The notes: generated by a model not told the origin, from the letters alone. Positions 31,721-42,836 are shown, numbered from the stretch's first letter. The stretch is DNA of 50,625 nt from Sodalis sp. (in: enterobacteria) (GCF_047607725.1 NZ_JBLKSS010000008.1:1-50625), one strand, 5' to 3'. A program made the numbers and translations.

Positions 31721-32274
31721 ATGTCCGTTAAACCCATCATTATCAGCAGTTAATTGACGCCTTCGACGGCTGTTTCGCCGACACGCTGAATACGCGGTTA
31801 ATTAAAGGCGACGAAGAACCCCTCTATTTGCCCGCCGACGACGCGGCGCCCTATCATCGCATCATTTTCGCCCACGGCTATTATGCCAGTGCGCTGCACG
31901 AAATAGCACATTGGTGCATTGCGGGCGCTCGCCGACGGCTTTTGGTTGATTTCGGCTACTGGTATTGCCCTGACGGGCGCGATGCCGACACGCAGGCGCG
32001 GTTTGAGCGCGCCGAAATTAAACCGCAGGCGCTGGAGTGGATGTTTTGCGTCGCCGCCGGCTTCCCCTTTCATGTCAGCTGCGATAATCTCAATGGAGAT
32101 TGTGAGCCTGATCGCATTTTATTCCAGCGGCAGGTGCATGCGCAGGTCATGTTGAATCTGGAAAACGGGGTAGGGCCACGCCCGGCGGCATTTATACAGG
32201 CGCTGCATCTCTATTATCACACGCCGCCGCTGGCACAAGGGCAGTTCCCCTTTCCATCAGACCTTAACGAATAG
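31721..32274 (+). pseudogene. epmC: EF-P hydroxylase EpmC (YfcM), with a 5' frameshift
   Basis: ATG 31721 (MSVKP) runs into TAA after 10 codons. The homologous body (HHYQQLIDAFDGCFADTLNTRLIKGDEEPLYLP...) is in another frame, closed by TAA just upstream. The switch is at the CCC at 31733-31735. Confidence 0.8.
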
Positions 32275-32295
32275 CATTACAACATCACCAAGAGG

Positions 32296-32577
32296 ATGAG
32301 TATGATCGCGGATTTTGAAGCGCGCATTCTGGCGCAGATCGACGAAATGGTCGAGCATGCCAGTGACGATGAACTGTTCGCCGGCGGCTATCTGCGCGGT
32401 CATCTGACGCTGGCGGTCGTGGAAACCGAACAGAACGGCGAGCATACCCTGGAGGCGCTGCATAGCCGGGTGCAGGAAAGCCTTGACCGCGCCATCAGTA
32501 AAGGGGAGCTGTCGCCGCCGGATCAGATTTTAGTCAAAACGATGTGGCAAACGCTCTATCAGCGCGCCGTGGGCTGA
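32296..32577 (+). CDS. yfcL: YfcL family protein
   Basis: 93 aa, containing [38 protein letters not shown], like E. coli YfcL. The ORF is intact. Confidence 0.85.
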   Translation: MSMIADFEARILAQIDEMVEHASDDELFAGGYLRGHLTLAVVETEQNGEHTLEALHSRVQESLDRAISKGELSPPDQILVKTMWQTLYQRAVG

Positions 32578-32842
32578 GTCGCGCCACCGTGACGCTAACC
32601 CTAACCCCCTTTACGCGCCACTCGTGGGACGCCGATGGACGACGGCAGGGGAGTAGCCCGGTTTCGCGCCGTGCGGGACGCCAAGGGGTGGTGGCAGGAG
32701 AATAGTCCGGTTACGCTCCCCAGTCAGCGGCGGCAGTGGACATTAAGCGTTCAGCCGTCCCGCGCCACGGCTTACGACAACGGCTATCTGGCCGGAGATC
32801 GTGGACGTAGCCATCTTTGAGTCCTGCGCTCGCATGACCCGC

Positions 32843-34603
32843 TTATTCATCCTCTTCGCGCGGGGGGAGAGGCCGCCGCTGGACGATATCTTTCCCCTTC
32901 AATAATTTGCGTATCCAGAAACGGTTAGGATTCAAAGCCTGCACCACGGTGCGGTTTACCGGCAAGGGCTCGCCGAAAATCTATGCCGCCACGATTTCCG
33001 CCGCCAGCGGCGCGCTGTCCGGTGTTTGCTGCGCAAGGTTACCGTAGGCGCGCAAGGTCGCCTCAAAATCCGGTACGTTGCCCACTAGCGGCAAATGGTC
33101 GCGGACCGCGCTGCGTACGCCGCAACACGCCTGCTGGCCGCTGATATCCACCGCGTCCAGCCAAGGCGCCTCTGGCAGGCAATCTCGCAGTCGCTGCAGA
33201 TTTTGTTGCTGTTCGCTTTCACGATAATCCGTACCGGCGTCGCCGCGTTGATAGCTGGCGCCCAGGCAATAGCAAGCGTCGCCGGGGCTTTGCGGCGTCA
33301 GATAGCCATCAAAACACAGGACCTGGTGCAGCGCCGCCAGCGGCGCCGTCGTCGGCGGGAGATGGCTCACTTGGCCGCGTACCGCATACAGCGGCAGCAA
33401 CGCGGTAGGGGCCAGCGCGCTCATTCCCTGTCCATTGGCCAACACGACCGTGGTGTGGCGCGCTTCAAGCCCGTCGGCGAACCTCAGCCGCCAGCCGCCG
33501 TTGTCGTCGGTGCTCAGGGCGGTGACCGACCGGCGGTAGTGGGTTTGCAGCCCCTGGCGCTCGGCGAGCTGCAGCGCGCCGGCGGTGAACTGCGCCGGAT
33601 TGAGCCAGCCTCCTGCCGGATACATTAGGCCGTCCCGGCCGGTTTCTACCCCGACCAGGGCGGCCATGTCCTCACGCGCCACCGGCCGCACCAGGGTGGT
33701 TGGCCAGCCGGCGCCAAGGATCTGGGCATTCTTGGCGGCGCTTCTCTCGTCCCAGGCCAACTGGGTGACGCCGCACCAATGATGTTCAAATACCACGCCT
33801 TGCGCCGCCAGCTGTTGATAGCAGCGCAGCGCATAGGGAAAGGCGCTGGCGATACCACCGCCGATAACTGCCACATCGTCGGGAGAAACGGCCGCGGGAC
33901 GGGCATACCAGGGTGCGGCGTCGGGGACGGGATACGGCAGGCGCGTGCCGGTAAGCATCTCCCGCTTACGGCCGAATCCTTTAACCTTCGCCACGGCGAA
34001 TCCGGCCTGCTGAAGCCCGCGGCGAACAAAGCCGGCGGCGGTAAAGGTGGCGAAACTGCCGGTCGGTGCCGCTAACCGGGCCATGGCGGCAAACAGCGTT
34101 TCCCGCCACATATCGGGGTTTTTCGCCGGCGTGAAGCCATCGAGAAATCAGGCGTCGACGCGACAGTCAAGGCTGGGATCCAGCGTGGGAATCAGCGCGT
34201 TAACATAGCCGAAGCCGATATCGAGAATGACTCGGCCCTGCGCCAGCTCTTCCCACGGCTCAAGCGCGCTGCGTAAATCCTCCGGGCCGAGCGGGAATTT
34301 CTCAAAGCTGATGAAGTGCAGGCGCCGCGCGCCCGTTATTGGCTGTTGCCGGCAATGTTGGTCAAAAGCATGCCATAACGCCAGAAAATTGAGGCCGGTG
34401 CCAAACCCGGTTTACGCCACCCTGAAGACCGGGCGCGGATGATGGCTAAAGCGGGTGGGCAAGCCGTTTCCGTTGAGAAAAACATGGCGCGTTTCCGCTA
34501 GCCCATCCTGATTGGAAAAGTAAACGTCATCAAATTTTGGGGATACAGGTGTACCCTGTTTGTTCCAGCGCACTACGGCGGGTACAATGGCGTGGCGGTT
34601 CAC
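32843..34603 (-). pseudogene. mnmC: bifunctional tRNA mnm5s2U methyltransferase/oxidoreductase MnmC, heavily degraded
   Basis: Collinear with E. coli MnmC from the GTG at 34603, but with many lesions. Nonsense codons: TAA 34412-34414 (VA*TGFGTGLNF), TGA 34147-34149 (DA*FLDGF), TAG 32980-32982 (AA*IFGEP). Frameshifts near 34199-34201 and 32938-32940. Two internal deletions, of about 25 and about 50 aa. Confidence 0.9.
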
Positions 34604-34680
34604 GGCAGCAGGCTCACGGCAGGGAAAGTGGCATGATTCTAACCACGCGGGCTTTCCGGTGCAAATTTTGCTAACATCCG

Positions 34681-34695
34681 CTGATCGGACTTGTT
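34681..34695 (+). promoter_or_regulatory. putative FadR activator site in the fabB promoter
   Basis: CTGATCGGACTTGTT against the recalled FadR consensus CTGGTCCGACCTGTT (12/15). It lies about 65 nt upstream of the fabB ATG, abutting the FabR palindrome. Confidence 0.5.
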
Positions 34696-34696
34696 C

Positions 34697-34714
34697 AGCT
34701 TACATCTGTAAGCT
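34697..34714 (+). promoter_or_regulatory. putative FabR operator
   Basis: 18-bp palindrome AGCTTACATCTGTAAGCT, compared with the recalled E. coli fabB FabR site AGCGTACACGTGTTAGCT. Confidence 0.55.
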
Positions 34715-34758
34715 AAAGTGCGTGACTGAAACTCAAATATTATTACAAGAGGTATTAA

Positions 34759-35970
34759 ATGAAACGTGCTGTGATTACCGGCCTGGGGATCTTATCAAGT
34801 ATCGGTAACGACCAAAAAGAAGTCCTGGCCTCGTTGCAACAAGGCCTCTCCGGGATTACCTTTTCCCAGGAATTGAAAGATTCCGGCATGCGCAGCCATG
34901 TCTGGGGCAATGTCAAACTCGATACTACCGGGCTGATTGATCGCAAAATGGCGCGCTTTATGAGTGATGCCTCTGTCTACGCCTTCCTGTCCATGGAGCA
35001 GGCGATTGCCGATTCCGGGTTAACGCCCGACATGGTCTCCAACGATCGCACCGGCCTTATCGTGGGCTCCGGCGGCGGCTCGCCGCGCAATCAGGTTGCT
35101 GGATCCGACGGCATGCGTGCCCGCGGTCTGCGCGGCGTGGGGCCCTATATGGTCACCAAAGCCATGGCCTCCGGCGTGTCGGCGTGTCTGGCGACGCCTT
35201 TTAAAATCCGCGGTGTCAATTATTCCATCAGTTCCGCCTGTTCGACCTCCGCGCACTGTATCGGCAATGCGGTGGAAATGATCCAGCTCGGCAAACAAGA
35301 TGTGGTCTTCGCCGGCGGCGGCGAAGAGCTGTGCTGGGAAATGGCCTGTGAATTCGATGCTATGGGGGCGTTGTCCACCCGCTACAACGAAACGCCGGAG
35401 AAAGCGTCGCGCACCTATGACGTCAACCGCGACGGCTTTGTTATCGCCGGCGGCGGCGGTATCGTGGTCGTGGAAGAGCTGGAGCACGCCCTGGCTCGCG
35501 GCGCCCATATCTATGCCGAAATCATCGGTTATGGCGCGACCTCCGACGGCGCGGACATGGTAGCGCCGTCCGGCGAAGGCGCCATCCGTTGTATGCAGAT
35601 GGCGCTGAAAGATATGGATACGCCGGTGGATTATCTTAACGTCCACGGCACCTCCACCCCGGTCGGCGACGTGAAAGAGCTGTGGGCGATTCGTGAAACC
35701 TTCGGCAGCCAGCATCCGGCGTTCTCCTCCACCAAAGCAATGACCGGCCACTCGCTGGGCGCGGCAGGGGTGCATGAGACGATCTTTACGCTGCTGATGC
35801 TGGAGCATGGTTTCATCGCCCCGAGCATTAATATTGACGAACTCGATCCGCAGGCGGAGGGGATGAACGTCATCTCCGAACCGACCCAGCGCACATTGAC
35901 CACCGTCATGAGCAACAGCTTTGGTTTCGGCGGCACCAACGCAACGCTTGTCATGCGGAAATACCGCTGA
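34759..35970 (+). CDS. fabB: 3-oxoacyl-ACP synthase I
   Basis: 403 aa starting [17 protein letters not shown], with active-site [12 protein letters not shown]. The ORF is intact. Confidence 0.95.
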   Translation: MKRAVITGLGILSSIGNDQKEVLASLQQGLSGITFSQELKDSGMRSHVWGNVKLDTTGLIDRKMARFMSDASVYAFLSMEQAIADSGLTPDMVSNDRTGLIVGSGGGSPRNQVAGSDGMRARGLRGVGPYMVTKAMASGVSACLATPFKIRGVNYSISSACSTSAHCIGNAVEMIQLGKQDVVFAGGGEELCWEMACEFDAMGALSTRYNETPEKASRTYDVNRDGFVIAGGGGIVVVEELEHALARGAHIYAEIIGYGATSDGADMVAPSGEGAIRCMQMALKDMDTPVDYLNVHGTSTPVGDVKELWAIRETFGSQHPAFSSTKAMTGHSLGAAGVHETIFTLLMLEHGFIAPSINIDELDPQAEGMNVISEPTQRTLTTVMSNSFGFGGTNATLVMRKYR

Positions 35971-36051
35971 GCCGCGTCGGATGCGGTCGCGCCGTGGGGC
36001 ACCGGCATTCGGGGCCCCTTTGCCGCACACAGGCGTAAGCATTCACGCTAA

Positions 36052-36108
36052 CCAACGCTTCCCTCTCTACCGTGACGGCCTCGGCAGGGAAAGGGCGTTG
36101 GTTTTTTT
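36052..36108 (+). terminator. rho-independent terminator after fabB
   Basis: CCAACGC-TTCCCT ... AGGGAA-(AGG)-GCGTTGG stem, followed by a T7 run (36102-36108). Confidence 0.6.
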
Positions 36109-36150
36109 ATGCTCTCTTTGCCGTTAATTTGTCAGGAGCAAGCCCGCACT

Positions 36151-37231
36151 ATGCATGCTGAACCGACTACATTGGGCACCATTCTGGCGAATAAGACGCT
36201 GTTCTCGCTGTGTAGCTCGGAGTTTCTGTGTTATTTGACCGTAGCGTTGCCGTTACCGGTTATCCCGCTTTACGTCCATGACGAGCTGGGGCTCAGTAAT
36301 ACCCTGGTGGGCGTCGCGGTCGGTGTTCAGTTCCTGGCCACGGTACTGACCTGCAGTTATGCCGGCGTGTTCTATCTGCTTTCCGCCCTGCTGCCGTTGC
36401 CGGTCTATCCACGTTACGGGCTGTTGCTGATAGGGCGCGTGATGCTGGGTTTTGGTGAGAGTCAATTGCTGACCGGCACCCTAAGCTGGGGGTTCGGTTT
36501 GCTGGGGCAGGCGCGGGCGGGCAAGGTCATGTCGTGGAACGGCGCCGCGATTTATGGCTCGCTGGCGGTGGGCGCGCCGGTCGGCCTGCTGCTCTATCAC
36601 CGCTCCGGTGGTTTCATTACTCTCGGGTTAACGACGCTGCTATTGCCGCTGCTGGCCCTGGCCTGCAATGCCCGCGTCGTGTCGATTCGACCGCATCCCG
36701 GCAATCGGCCGTCCCTCAAAGCGGTGTTCAAGTTGATTTGGCTGCCGGGGATGGCGCTGCAGGGGGTGGGTTTTGCCGCCATCGGCACCTTCGTTTCACT
36801 GTATTTCAATCTGCGGCATTGGGATCATGCCGGTTTCGCTTTCAGCGCCTTCGGTATTGCCTTTGTCGCCCTGCGCTTTTGGGGCAGCCATTGGCCGGAT
36901 CGTTTGGGGGGCGTACGGCTGACGCTCATCTCGCTGGCGGTGGAAGCGCTCGGCCTCGCGCTGTTGTGGCTGGCGGCGGATCCCGGTTTGGCGCTGCTCG
37001 GGGCGGGGTTGACCGGCGCAGGCGCAGGCGCGTGCGACGGCGGTAGGCGGCTATAGCGCGTTTCAGGATGTCGCCTATGCCGTGACCGGACCGCTAACGG
37101 GCATGCTGGCGACCGCCTTCGGTTACGCCTCGGTATTTGGTGCCGCCATGCTATGCGCGCTGGCGGGCATTGCCGTAACGCTGCTGTTCGCCCGGCAGCG
37201 ACAACTGGCAAGCGGCTACCCCGGCGTTTGA
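36151..37231 (+). pseudogene. yfcJ: MFS transporter YfcJ, inactivated
   Basis: Collinear with E. coli YfcJ (LPLPVIPLYVHDELG, GFGESQLLTG, KVMSWNGAAIYG). A segment of about 25 aa is missing after LTCSYAG. A deletion plus frameshift near 37030-37056 places the C-terminus ([27 protein letters not shown]...) in another frame. Confidence 0.8.
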
Positions 37232-37502
37232 CGGACACGTGGGGGATGCGCGTAAACGGCGCATTGCGCGCCCTCCCACAAAAGTAACGGCCTCCTGCGC
37301 GTCGCTAAGGCGCCTCGCTCTTCGGCGCGCGGTGATAACCATGTAAAACCGAGTTTGCCGCACCAAAAAAGCCATTGTCGCCCGCGCACCCTGCGCCGAC
37401 TCACCGCAGGCCGGCGCGCGTTGATACCGGCGTATAAACCGCGTCAGCCGCGCTCATCAGTCACTCTTCCCCGCGCCTAACATGTAGTGCCGCGCCCGGC
37501 CA

Positions 37503-38499
37503 TCAGCGGGCCAGCAGCCAGATAACCAGCAGCACTACGGCGACGAACACCCCGATCACCAGCGGCGAACGCGCCGCGGCGCGTGTTCCGTCGCGATGAG
37601 CGGATGGGTCACCGGCTGGAGCAGCCGGACATCGGGGGTTTGGTGCTGGCTCTGGGTGCGGCTCAGGCGATAAATAAACAGATATTGTATCACCGCGTTG
37701 ACCTGAGTGCTGGTCAACGGCGTCTGTCGGTGGCGAAATGTTGCCGGCAGTATTGTTCCACCGCCTGCTGCTGCTCGCCGTGGATGGGATGTTTGAGCAC
37801 CGCCGAGAGCGTCGCCAGCGTGGGATGTCCCTGCTGCGACAGCGTGAGATGGCTTTGTAAAAACTGGCTTAACAGCGGGAAATGGCGGGCGGGAATCGGA
37901 TTGCCGGATTTCAGCCCCATCATGCGGTGCAGACTTTCCCAAAGCTCGGTCGGCGTTTCGCCGGTCAGCGCCGCCAGCCGGGTAATGAGCTGGCTGATGG
38001 CCTGGTGTTCCGCCGGAAGCAGGGTGCGATCGGTCATGGCGGCCTGCTGCGGCGCCGGAATATCCAATTGCCCGCTTTGCAGTAACTGCAGCACCTGACG
38101 CAGTTGGCCGGCGTCCAGCTGGCTTAAGACGGTGTGGCCGAACTGGCTGCGGATATAGTCACTCACCGCCTGCCGATTGTTGCCCTGGGGCAACAGATCG
38201 GTCAGCTGCTGCAACAGCTGTCGGCCGGCGAGCATGTCCTGCGCCGTCAATAATCGCCCCTGCAGCATCTGTTCGGCGGCGATAAAATGCCGCACCCGTA
38301 ACTCGCCGTTGCCGGCAATGTGCAGGTGGTGGAATAGCGCGGCCCAAATTTCCGCCGGTTTACTGGGGCTCAGGGCCAAAATGCGGGTAATCAGCTGCTC
38401 AAGCGTGGTGCGCTGGGCGGTGGTCAAAGGCTGATCCGGGCCGGTCGGCGGCGGCGTCTGACCCCGTGGCGGCGTACCGGGACCGATAGCTGGTTGCAT
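37503..38499 (-). pseudogene. flk: flagellar regulator Flk, with two frameshifts
   Basis: Starts at ATG 38499 (MQPAIGPGTPP...LLPQGNNRQAVSDYIRSQFG, like Flk). The frame is lost near 37735-37745 and again near 37560-37575. The C-terminal TM anchor (PLVIGVFVAVVLLVIWLLAR) lies in a third frame and ends at 37503. Confidence 0.8.
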
Positions 38500-38786
38500 A
38501 GTACATGTCCTCTCGGGATGGCAGACGGTGAAGATCCGGCGCGGCGGCGCGAACGCACGCTGTTGGGGGCTGATAAATAGCAAGCCCCCGCCGGCAGCGG
38601 TAGCCTCTGGCGCCGGGATGGCATTTTCTGCCGGACAGGCATCTTTAGACCGTGCCCCTGCAAGTTTAGCGGGTTGCGCCGGCGGCAATGGCAAAATGAA
38701 GCGTGATAGGGTTGGGATTCTTACGCATTCGGTGGCAGAATATTCCCCCTTTAACGTTTGATGGTATTGTACTGCCGGAGCCTGAT

Positions 38787-39917
38787 GTGAAAATCCTGGT
38801 GGATGAGAATATGCCCTACGCCGAGGCGCTGTTCGGTCGCTTGGGCGACGTACAGGCGGTAGCGGGCAGGGCCATTCCCGCGCCGGCGCTGGCGCAGGCT
38901 GACGCGCTAATGGTGCGTTCGGTGACCCGCGTCGACGGCGCACTGCTCGACGGCAGCCGGGTCGCGTTCGTGGGTACCGCCACCGCCGGCACCGATCATG
39001 TGGATGAAGATTGGCTGGCGCAGGTGGGAATTGGTTTTTCTGCGGCCCCGGGCTGCAATGCGATTGCGGTGGTGGAGTACGTCTTTTCCGCGCTGCTGTG
39101 GCTGGCTCAGCGGGATGGTTTCGCGCTGCGCGACAAGACCGTCGGCATTGTCGGCGCCGGTAACGTCGGCGGCCGTCTGCAGCGGCGGCTGAATGCGTTC
39201 GGCGTGCGCACCCTGCTGTGCGATCCGCCGCTGGCGGAAGCGGGGGCGCCCGGCGACTGGCAGCCGCTGGAAAAGCTGGTGGCTGAGGCGGATGTGCTGA
39301 CTTTCCATACGCCGCTCACCCGCGCCGGCCGGCATGTGACCTGGCATCTGGTGGACGAGGCGCTGCTGGCGGCGCTGCCGGCCGGCCGTATTATCATTAA
39401 TGCCTGCCGCGGCGCGGTAGTGGATAATACCGCCCTGCTGCGCACGCTGGAGCGGGGTAAGCCTCTGTGCGTGGTACTGGACGTCTGGGAGCCGGAGCCG
39501 GCGTTGTCGTTGCCGCTACTGGCCCGCGTTGATATCGGTACCGGCCATATCGCCGGTTATACTCTGGAAGGCAAAGCGCGCGGCACGACGCAGGTCTTCG
39601 ATGCCTACAGCGCCTTTGTCGGCAGCGACGCGCGCGCGAGCCTGGCGGCGGCGCTGCTGCCGGCGGTGGAGCGTATCCGTCTGCGCGGCGCCATTGACGA
39701 AGAAGCGCTGCGCCTGTTGGCTCATCTGGTCTATGATGTGCGGCGTGATGATATGCAGTTGCGTCGCGCGACCGGTCTGCCGGGCGAATTTGATCGCTTG
39801 CGTAAACAGTATTATCAGCGTCGGGAGTGGTCGTCGCTCTGCGTAGAGACCGACGACGACGCCGGCGCGGATACCCTGCGGCAGCTGGGATTCCAGGCCC
39901 GGCCGGCCGTCGGCTGA
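38787..39917 (+). CDS. pdxB: erythronate-4-phosphate dehydrogenase
   Basis: 376 aa from GTG 38787 ([16 protein letters not shown]). Collinear with E. coli PdxB. Confidence 0.9.
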   Translation: MKILVDENMPYAEALFGRLGDVQAVAGRAIPAPALAQADALMVRSVTRVDGALLDGSRVAFVGTATAGTDHVDEDWLAQVGIGFSAAPGCNAIAVVEYVFSALLWLAQRDGFALRDKTVGIVGAGNVGGRLQRRLNAFGVRTLLCDPPLAEAGAPGDWQPLEKLVAEADVLTFHTPLTRAGRHVTWHLVDEALLAALPAGRIIINACRGAVVDNTALLRTLERGKPLCVVLDVWEPEPALSLPLLARVDIGTGHIAGYTLEGKARGTTQVFDAYSAFVGSDARASLAAALLPAVERIRLRGAIDEEALRLLAHLVYDVRRDDMQLRRATGLPGEFDRLRKQYYQRREWSSLCVETDDDAGADTLRQLGFQARPAVG

Positions 39918-40066
39918 GGCCGCGCAACGCACAGGACGCCCTTGCCGCCGGCAGCGTCTGCCCCCAATGGCGGGCGGCGGGTGCACCAAGGACGTCCCAC
40001 CACATTTTGACTGATGGATGCCGCCGCCGCAGAGCGTCGCGGGGCATCCCAATAACGGGAGATGAA

Positions 40067-41083
40067 ATGATGTCTGACGGCTGGAATATCGCCCTGCTAG
40101 GGGCTATAGGCGCAGTCGGTACGGCGCTGCTGGATATTATGCAGGAGCGCCAATTCCCGTTCGGGGAGCTTTTTTTATTGTCCAGCGAGCGCAGCGCCGG
40201 TGAAACGGTGCGGGTCAACGGGCAAAGTCTGCAGGTCAGCGAAGCGGCGCAATTCGACTGGTCGCAGGCGCAGTTGGCGTTCTTTGTCGCCGGCGCCCAG
40301 GCCTCGGCGCTGTACGCCGCTGACGCTGACGCCGCCGGCTGTCTGGTTGTGGATGTCAGCGGCCTGTTCGCCCTGGAGCCGGACGTGCCGCTCGTGGTGC
40401 CGGGGGTCAATGACGACGTGCTGGCCGATTACCGCAATCGGAATATGGTGGCGGTGGCGGATGCGCTGACCAGTCAGTTACTGCTGGCGGTAAAACCCCT
40501 TACCGATTTGGCGGGCCTGAGCCATTTGCACGTCAGCACTATGCTGTCCGTGTCCGCCCACGGTAAGGCGGCGGTAGACGACTTGGCGGTGCAGAGCGCT
40601 CGCCTGCTGAATGGCTTGGCCGCCGAGCCCGGCTTCTTCCCGCGTCAGCTAGCGTTCAATTTGCTACCGCTGCTGCCCGACGATGCGGGATCGGTGCGCA
40701 GCGAGCGCCGTCTGCTAGACGAAGTGCGCAAAATCCTGCGCGATGAAGGGCTAACGATTTCGGTCAGCAGCGTGCAGGCGCCGATATTCTACGGTCATGC
40801 GCAACTGGTGCATCTGGAAACGCTGCGTCCGATGGCCGCGGAAGAGGCACGCGTGGCGCTGGCGGCCGGCGAGGGGCTGACTCTGAGCGACGAACTGGAC
40901 TACCCGACGCCGGTGGAAGATGCCTCGGGGAACGTCGTGCTGAATATTGGCTGTCTGCGTAACGATTATGGCATGCCCGATTTACTGCAATTCTGGTCAG
41001 TGGCGGATAATGTTCGCTTCGGCGGCGCGCTGATGGCGGTACTCACCGCGGAGAAACTGATGGCCGAGGCCAGCGCATGGTGA
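40067..41083 (+). CDS. usg: USG-1 protein (aspartate-semialdehyde dehydrogenase paralogue); apparently lacks the catalytic Cys
   Basis: 338 aa starting [22 protein letters not shown], located between pdxB and truA. The expected ANPNCSTIQ motif reads AVADALTSQ, and STYQxVSGAG reads [10 protein letters not shown]. Confidence 0.8.
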   Translation: MMSDGWNIALLGAIGAVGTALLDIMQERQFPFGELFLLSSERSAGETVRVNGQSLQVSEAAQFDWSQAQLAFFVAGAQASALYAADADAAGCLVVDVSGLFALEPDVPLVVPGVNDDVLADYRNRNMVAVADALTSQLLLAVKPLTDLAGLSHLHVSTMLSVSAHGKAAVDDLAVQSARLLNGLAAEPGFFPRQLAFNLLPLLPDDAGSVRSERRLLDEVRKILRDEGLTISVSSVQAPIFYGHAQLVHLETLRPMAAEEARVALAAGEGLTLSDELDYPTPVEDASGNVVLNIGCLRNDYGMPDLLQFWSVADNVRFGGALMAVLTAEKLMAEASAW

Positions 41084-41934
41084 CGGCGCAAACGGCGCCG
41101 CTCCCCGAGGTAGACGAGGCGATGCTGGCGGCGGCCAATGATGGCGCGATGAAGCTGGCCCTCGGGATTGAGTATGACGGCAGTGCGTATTACGGCTGGC
41201 AGCGTCAACAGGAAGTGCCGAGCGTGCAGGCGTGCCTTGAGCGCGCGCTGTCGACGGTTGTCGACGAGCCTGTCGTGGTCCACTGTGCCGGCCGTACCGA
41301 TGCCGGCGTACACGCGACGGGGCAGGTGGTCCATTTCGACACCCGGGCGCGCCGGCCGGACGCCGCCTGGACGCTGGGCGTCAACGCCAACCTGCCCGGC
41401 GATATCGCCGTGCGCTGGGTGGCGCCGGTGGCGGACGATTTTCATGCGCGTTTCAGCGCCACCGCCCGGCGCTACCGCTATATTATTTATAATCATCGCC
41501 TGCGTCCGGCGCTGCTCGGCCGCGGGCTGACCCACTACTACCACCCGCTTGATGCGCCATCGATGGCGCGCGCCGGCCAATGTTTGCTGGGGGAGAACGA
41601 TTTCACCTCTTTTCGCGCCCTGCAGTGCCAATCGCGTAGTCCCTGGCGCAACGTGCACCATTTGCACATCACGCGCCAGGGGCAATATGTGGTGGTAGAT
41701 ATCAAAGCGAATGCTTTTGTTCATCATATGGTTCGTAATATTGTAGGCAGTCTGCTGGAGGTAGGATGCGGCAACCGGCTGGAAAGCTGGATAGCCGAAC
41801 TGCTGGCGTGCCACGACCGGACGCAGGCCGGCGCTACCGCACCGGCGGAGGGACTTTATCTGGTGGCGGTGGAGTATCCATCGCGTTTCGCCCTGCCTGC
41901 GCCGCCGCCGGGGCCGTTATTTCTAGCGGAGTGA
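41077..41934 (+). CDS. truA: tRNA pseudouridine(38-40) synthase
   Basis: Contains [19 protein letters not shown] and the catalytic GRTDAGVHA motif. ATG 41077 overlaps the usg stop. The start is uncertain; alternative ATGs lie at 41122 and 41149. Confidence 0.9.
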   Translation: MVTAQTAPLPEVDEAMLAAANDGAMKLALGIEYDGSAYYGWQRQQEVPSVQACLERALSTVVDEPVVVHCAGRTDAGVHATGQVVHFDTRARRPDAAWTLGVNANLPGDIAVRWVAPVADDFHARFSATARRYRYIIYNHRLRPALLGRGLTHYYHPLDAPSMARAGQCLLGENDFTSFRALQCQSRSPWRNVHHLHITRQGQYVVVDIKANAFVHHMVRNIVGSLLEVGCGNRLESWIAELLACHDRTQAGATAPAEGLYLVAVEYPSRFALPAPPPGPLFLAE

Positions 41935-41973
41935 CCGCTAATGTCTATCGCGTTGCGTTACCGGGATAAATGG

Positions 41974-42636
41974 ATGGAATATATAAAATTTATCATCGAT
42001 TTTATTCTACATATCGATGTCCACCTGGCAGAACTGGTGGCGCAGTACGGTGTTTGGGTGTATGCCTTTTTGTTTCTGATCCTGTTTTGCGAAACCGGTT
42101 TGGTGGTCACGCCTTTCCTGCCGGGAGACTCGCTGCTGTTTGTCGCCGGCGCGCTGGCGGCTTTGCCGAGCAACGGGCTTGATATTCATGTAATGGTGCT
42201 TTTGATGGTCTTGGCGGCGATAGCCGGCGATGCGGTCAATTATGCGATTGGCCGCCTGTTCGGCGAAAAGCTGTTTAGCCATCCCGACTCGAAAATTTTC
42301 CGCCGAAACTATCTGGAAAAAACCCACCAGTTTTACGCCCGGCACGGCGGTAAAACTATTATTCTGGCGCGTTTTGTGCCTATCGTGCGGACTTTCGCGC
42401 CGTTCGTGGCCGGCATGGGACATATGCGCTACCGCCATTTCGCGCTGTACAATGTCGCGGGCGGTCTGCTGTGGGTTTTACTGTTTAGCTATGCCGGCTA
42501 TTTCTTTGGCAATATGCCGATGGTGCAGCAAAATTTGAAGTGGCTTATCGTGGCGATTATCCTGCTGTCGGTGCTGCCGGGCGTGGTGGAAGTGTGGCGC
42601 CAGCGCCGAATTGCCGCCAACGGAAAAAATGAGTAA
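41974..42636 (+). CDS. dedA: DedA family inner-membrane protein
   Basis: 220 aa from ATG 41974 ([26 protein letters not shown]). Collinear with E. coli DedA. Confidence 0.9.
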   Translation: MEYIKFIIDFILHIDVHLAELVAQYGVWVYAFLFLILFCETGLVVTPFLPGDSLLFVAGALAALPSNGLDIHVMVLLMVLAAIAGDAVNYAIGRLFGEKLFSHPDSKIFRRNYLEKTHQFYARHGGKTIILARFVPIVRTFAPFVAGMGHMRYRHFALYNVAGGLLWVLLFSYAGYFFGNMPMVQQNLKWLIVAIILLSVLPGVVEVWRQRRIAANGKNE

Positions 42637-42836
42637 TTTCCCGATGTCGGCGGGTAAAATGTGACCAATGTACAGAGTTTTCTGTGCCAAGTCGCTGGCC
42701 GTTATGGTTTAATGGGCAACCTTTGGCGCGCCACCCCCGGCGGTGAGCGCGCAAAACGGCGGCCTTCTCGCCGCGGTAAAAGGTCAAGTAGATATAGCGG
42801 ACTGGCGGATGCCAGGTTCAAACAGAAAGGTTATCG

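Noticed and set aside
32595-32609. A telomere-like CTAACCCTAACCCCC motif.
   Set aside because: It comprises only two units in a GC-rich spacer and has no biological precedent in enterobacterial chromosomes.
32635-32820. A 61-aa ORF in the yfcL-mnmC spacer.
   Set aside because: It has no RBS, no recognisable domain, and the composition typical of random GC-rich frames.
32980-34110. The ORF-track coordinates 32981..34111 for the large mnmC fragment differ by 1 nt from my manual indexing (stop CTA at 32980-32982, ATG complement at 34108-34110).
   Set aside because: This is not biological. Neighbouring ORFs index consistently, so I used my own count. The discrepancy does not affect any conclusion.
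35020-36042. Very long antisense ORFs. Examples: 340 aa opposite fabB, 337 aa at 39397-40410, 285 aa at 47270-48127 opposite purF, 294 aa at 49053-49937, 275 aa at 23076-23903, 245 aa at 14940-15677, and 282 aa at 40966-41814.
   Set aside because: Each lies opposite a gene with strong full-length homology. Their Arg/Gly/Ala/Pro-rich low-complexity translations are the usual by-product of high GC3 content, and I recognise no motifs.
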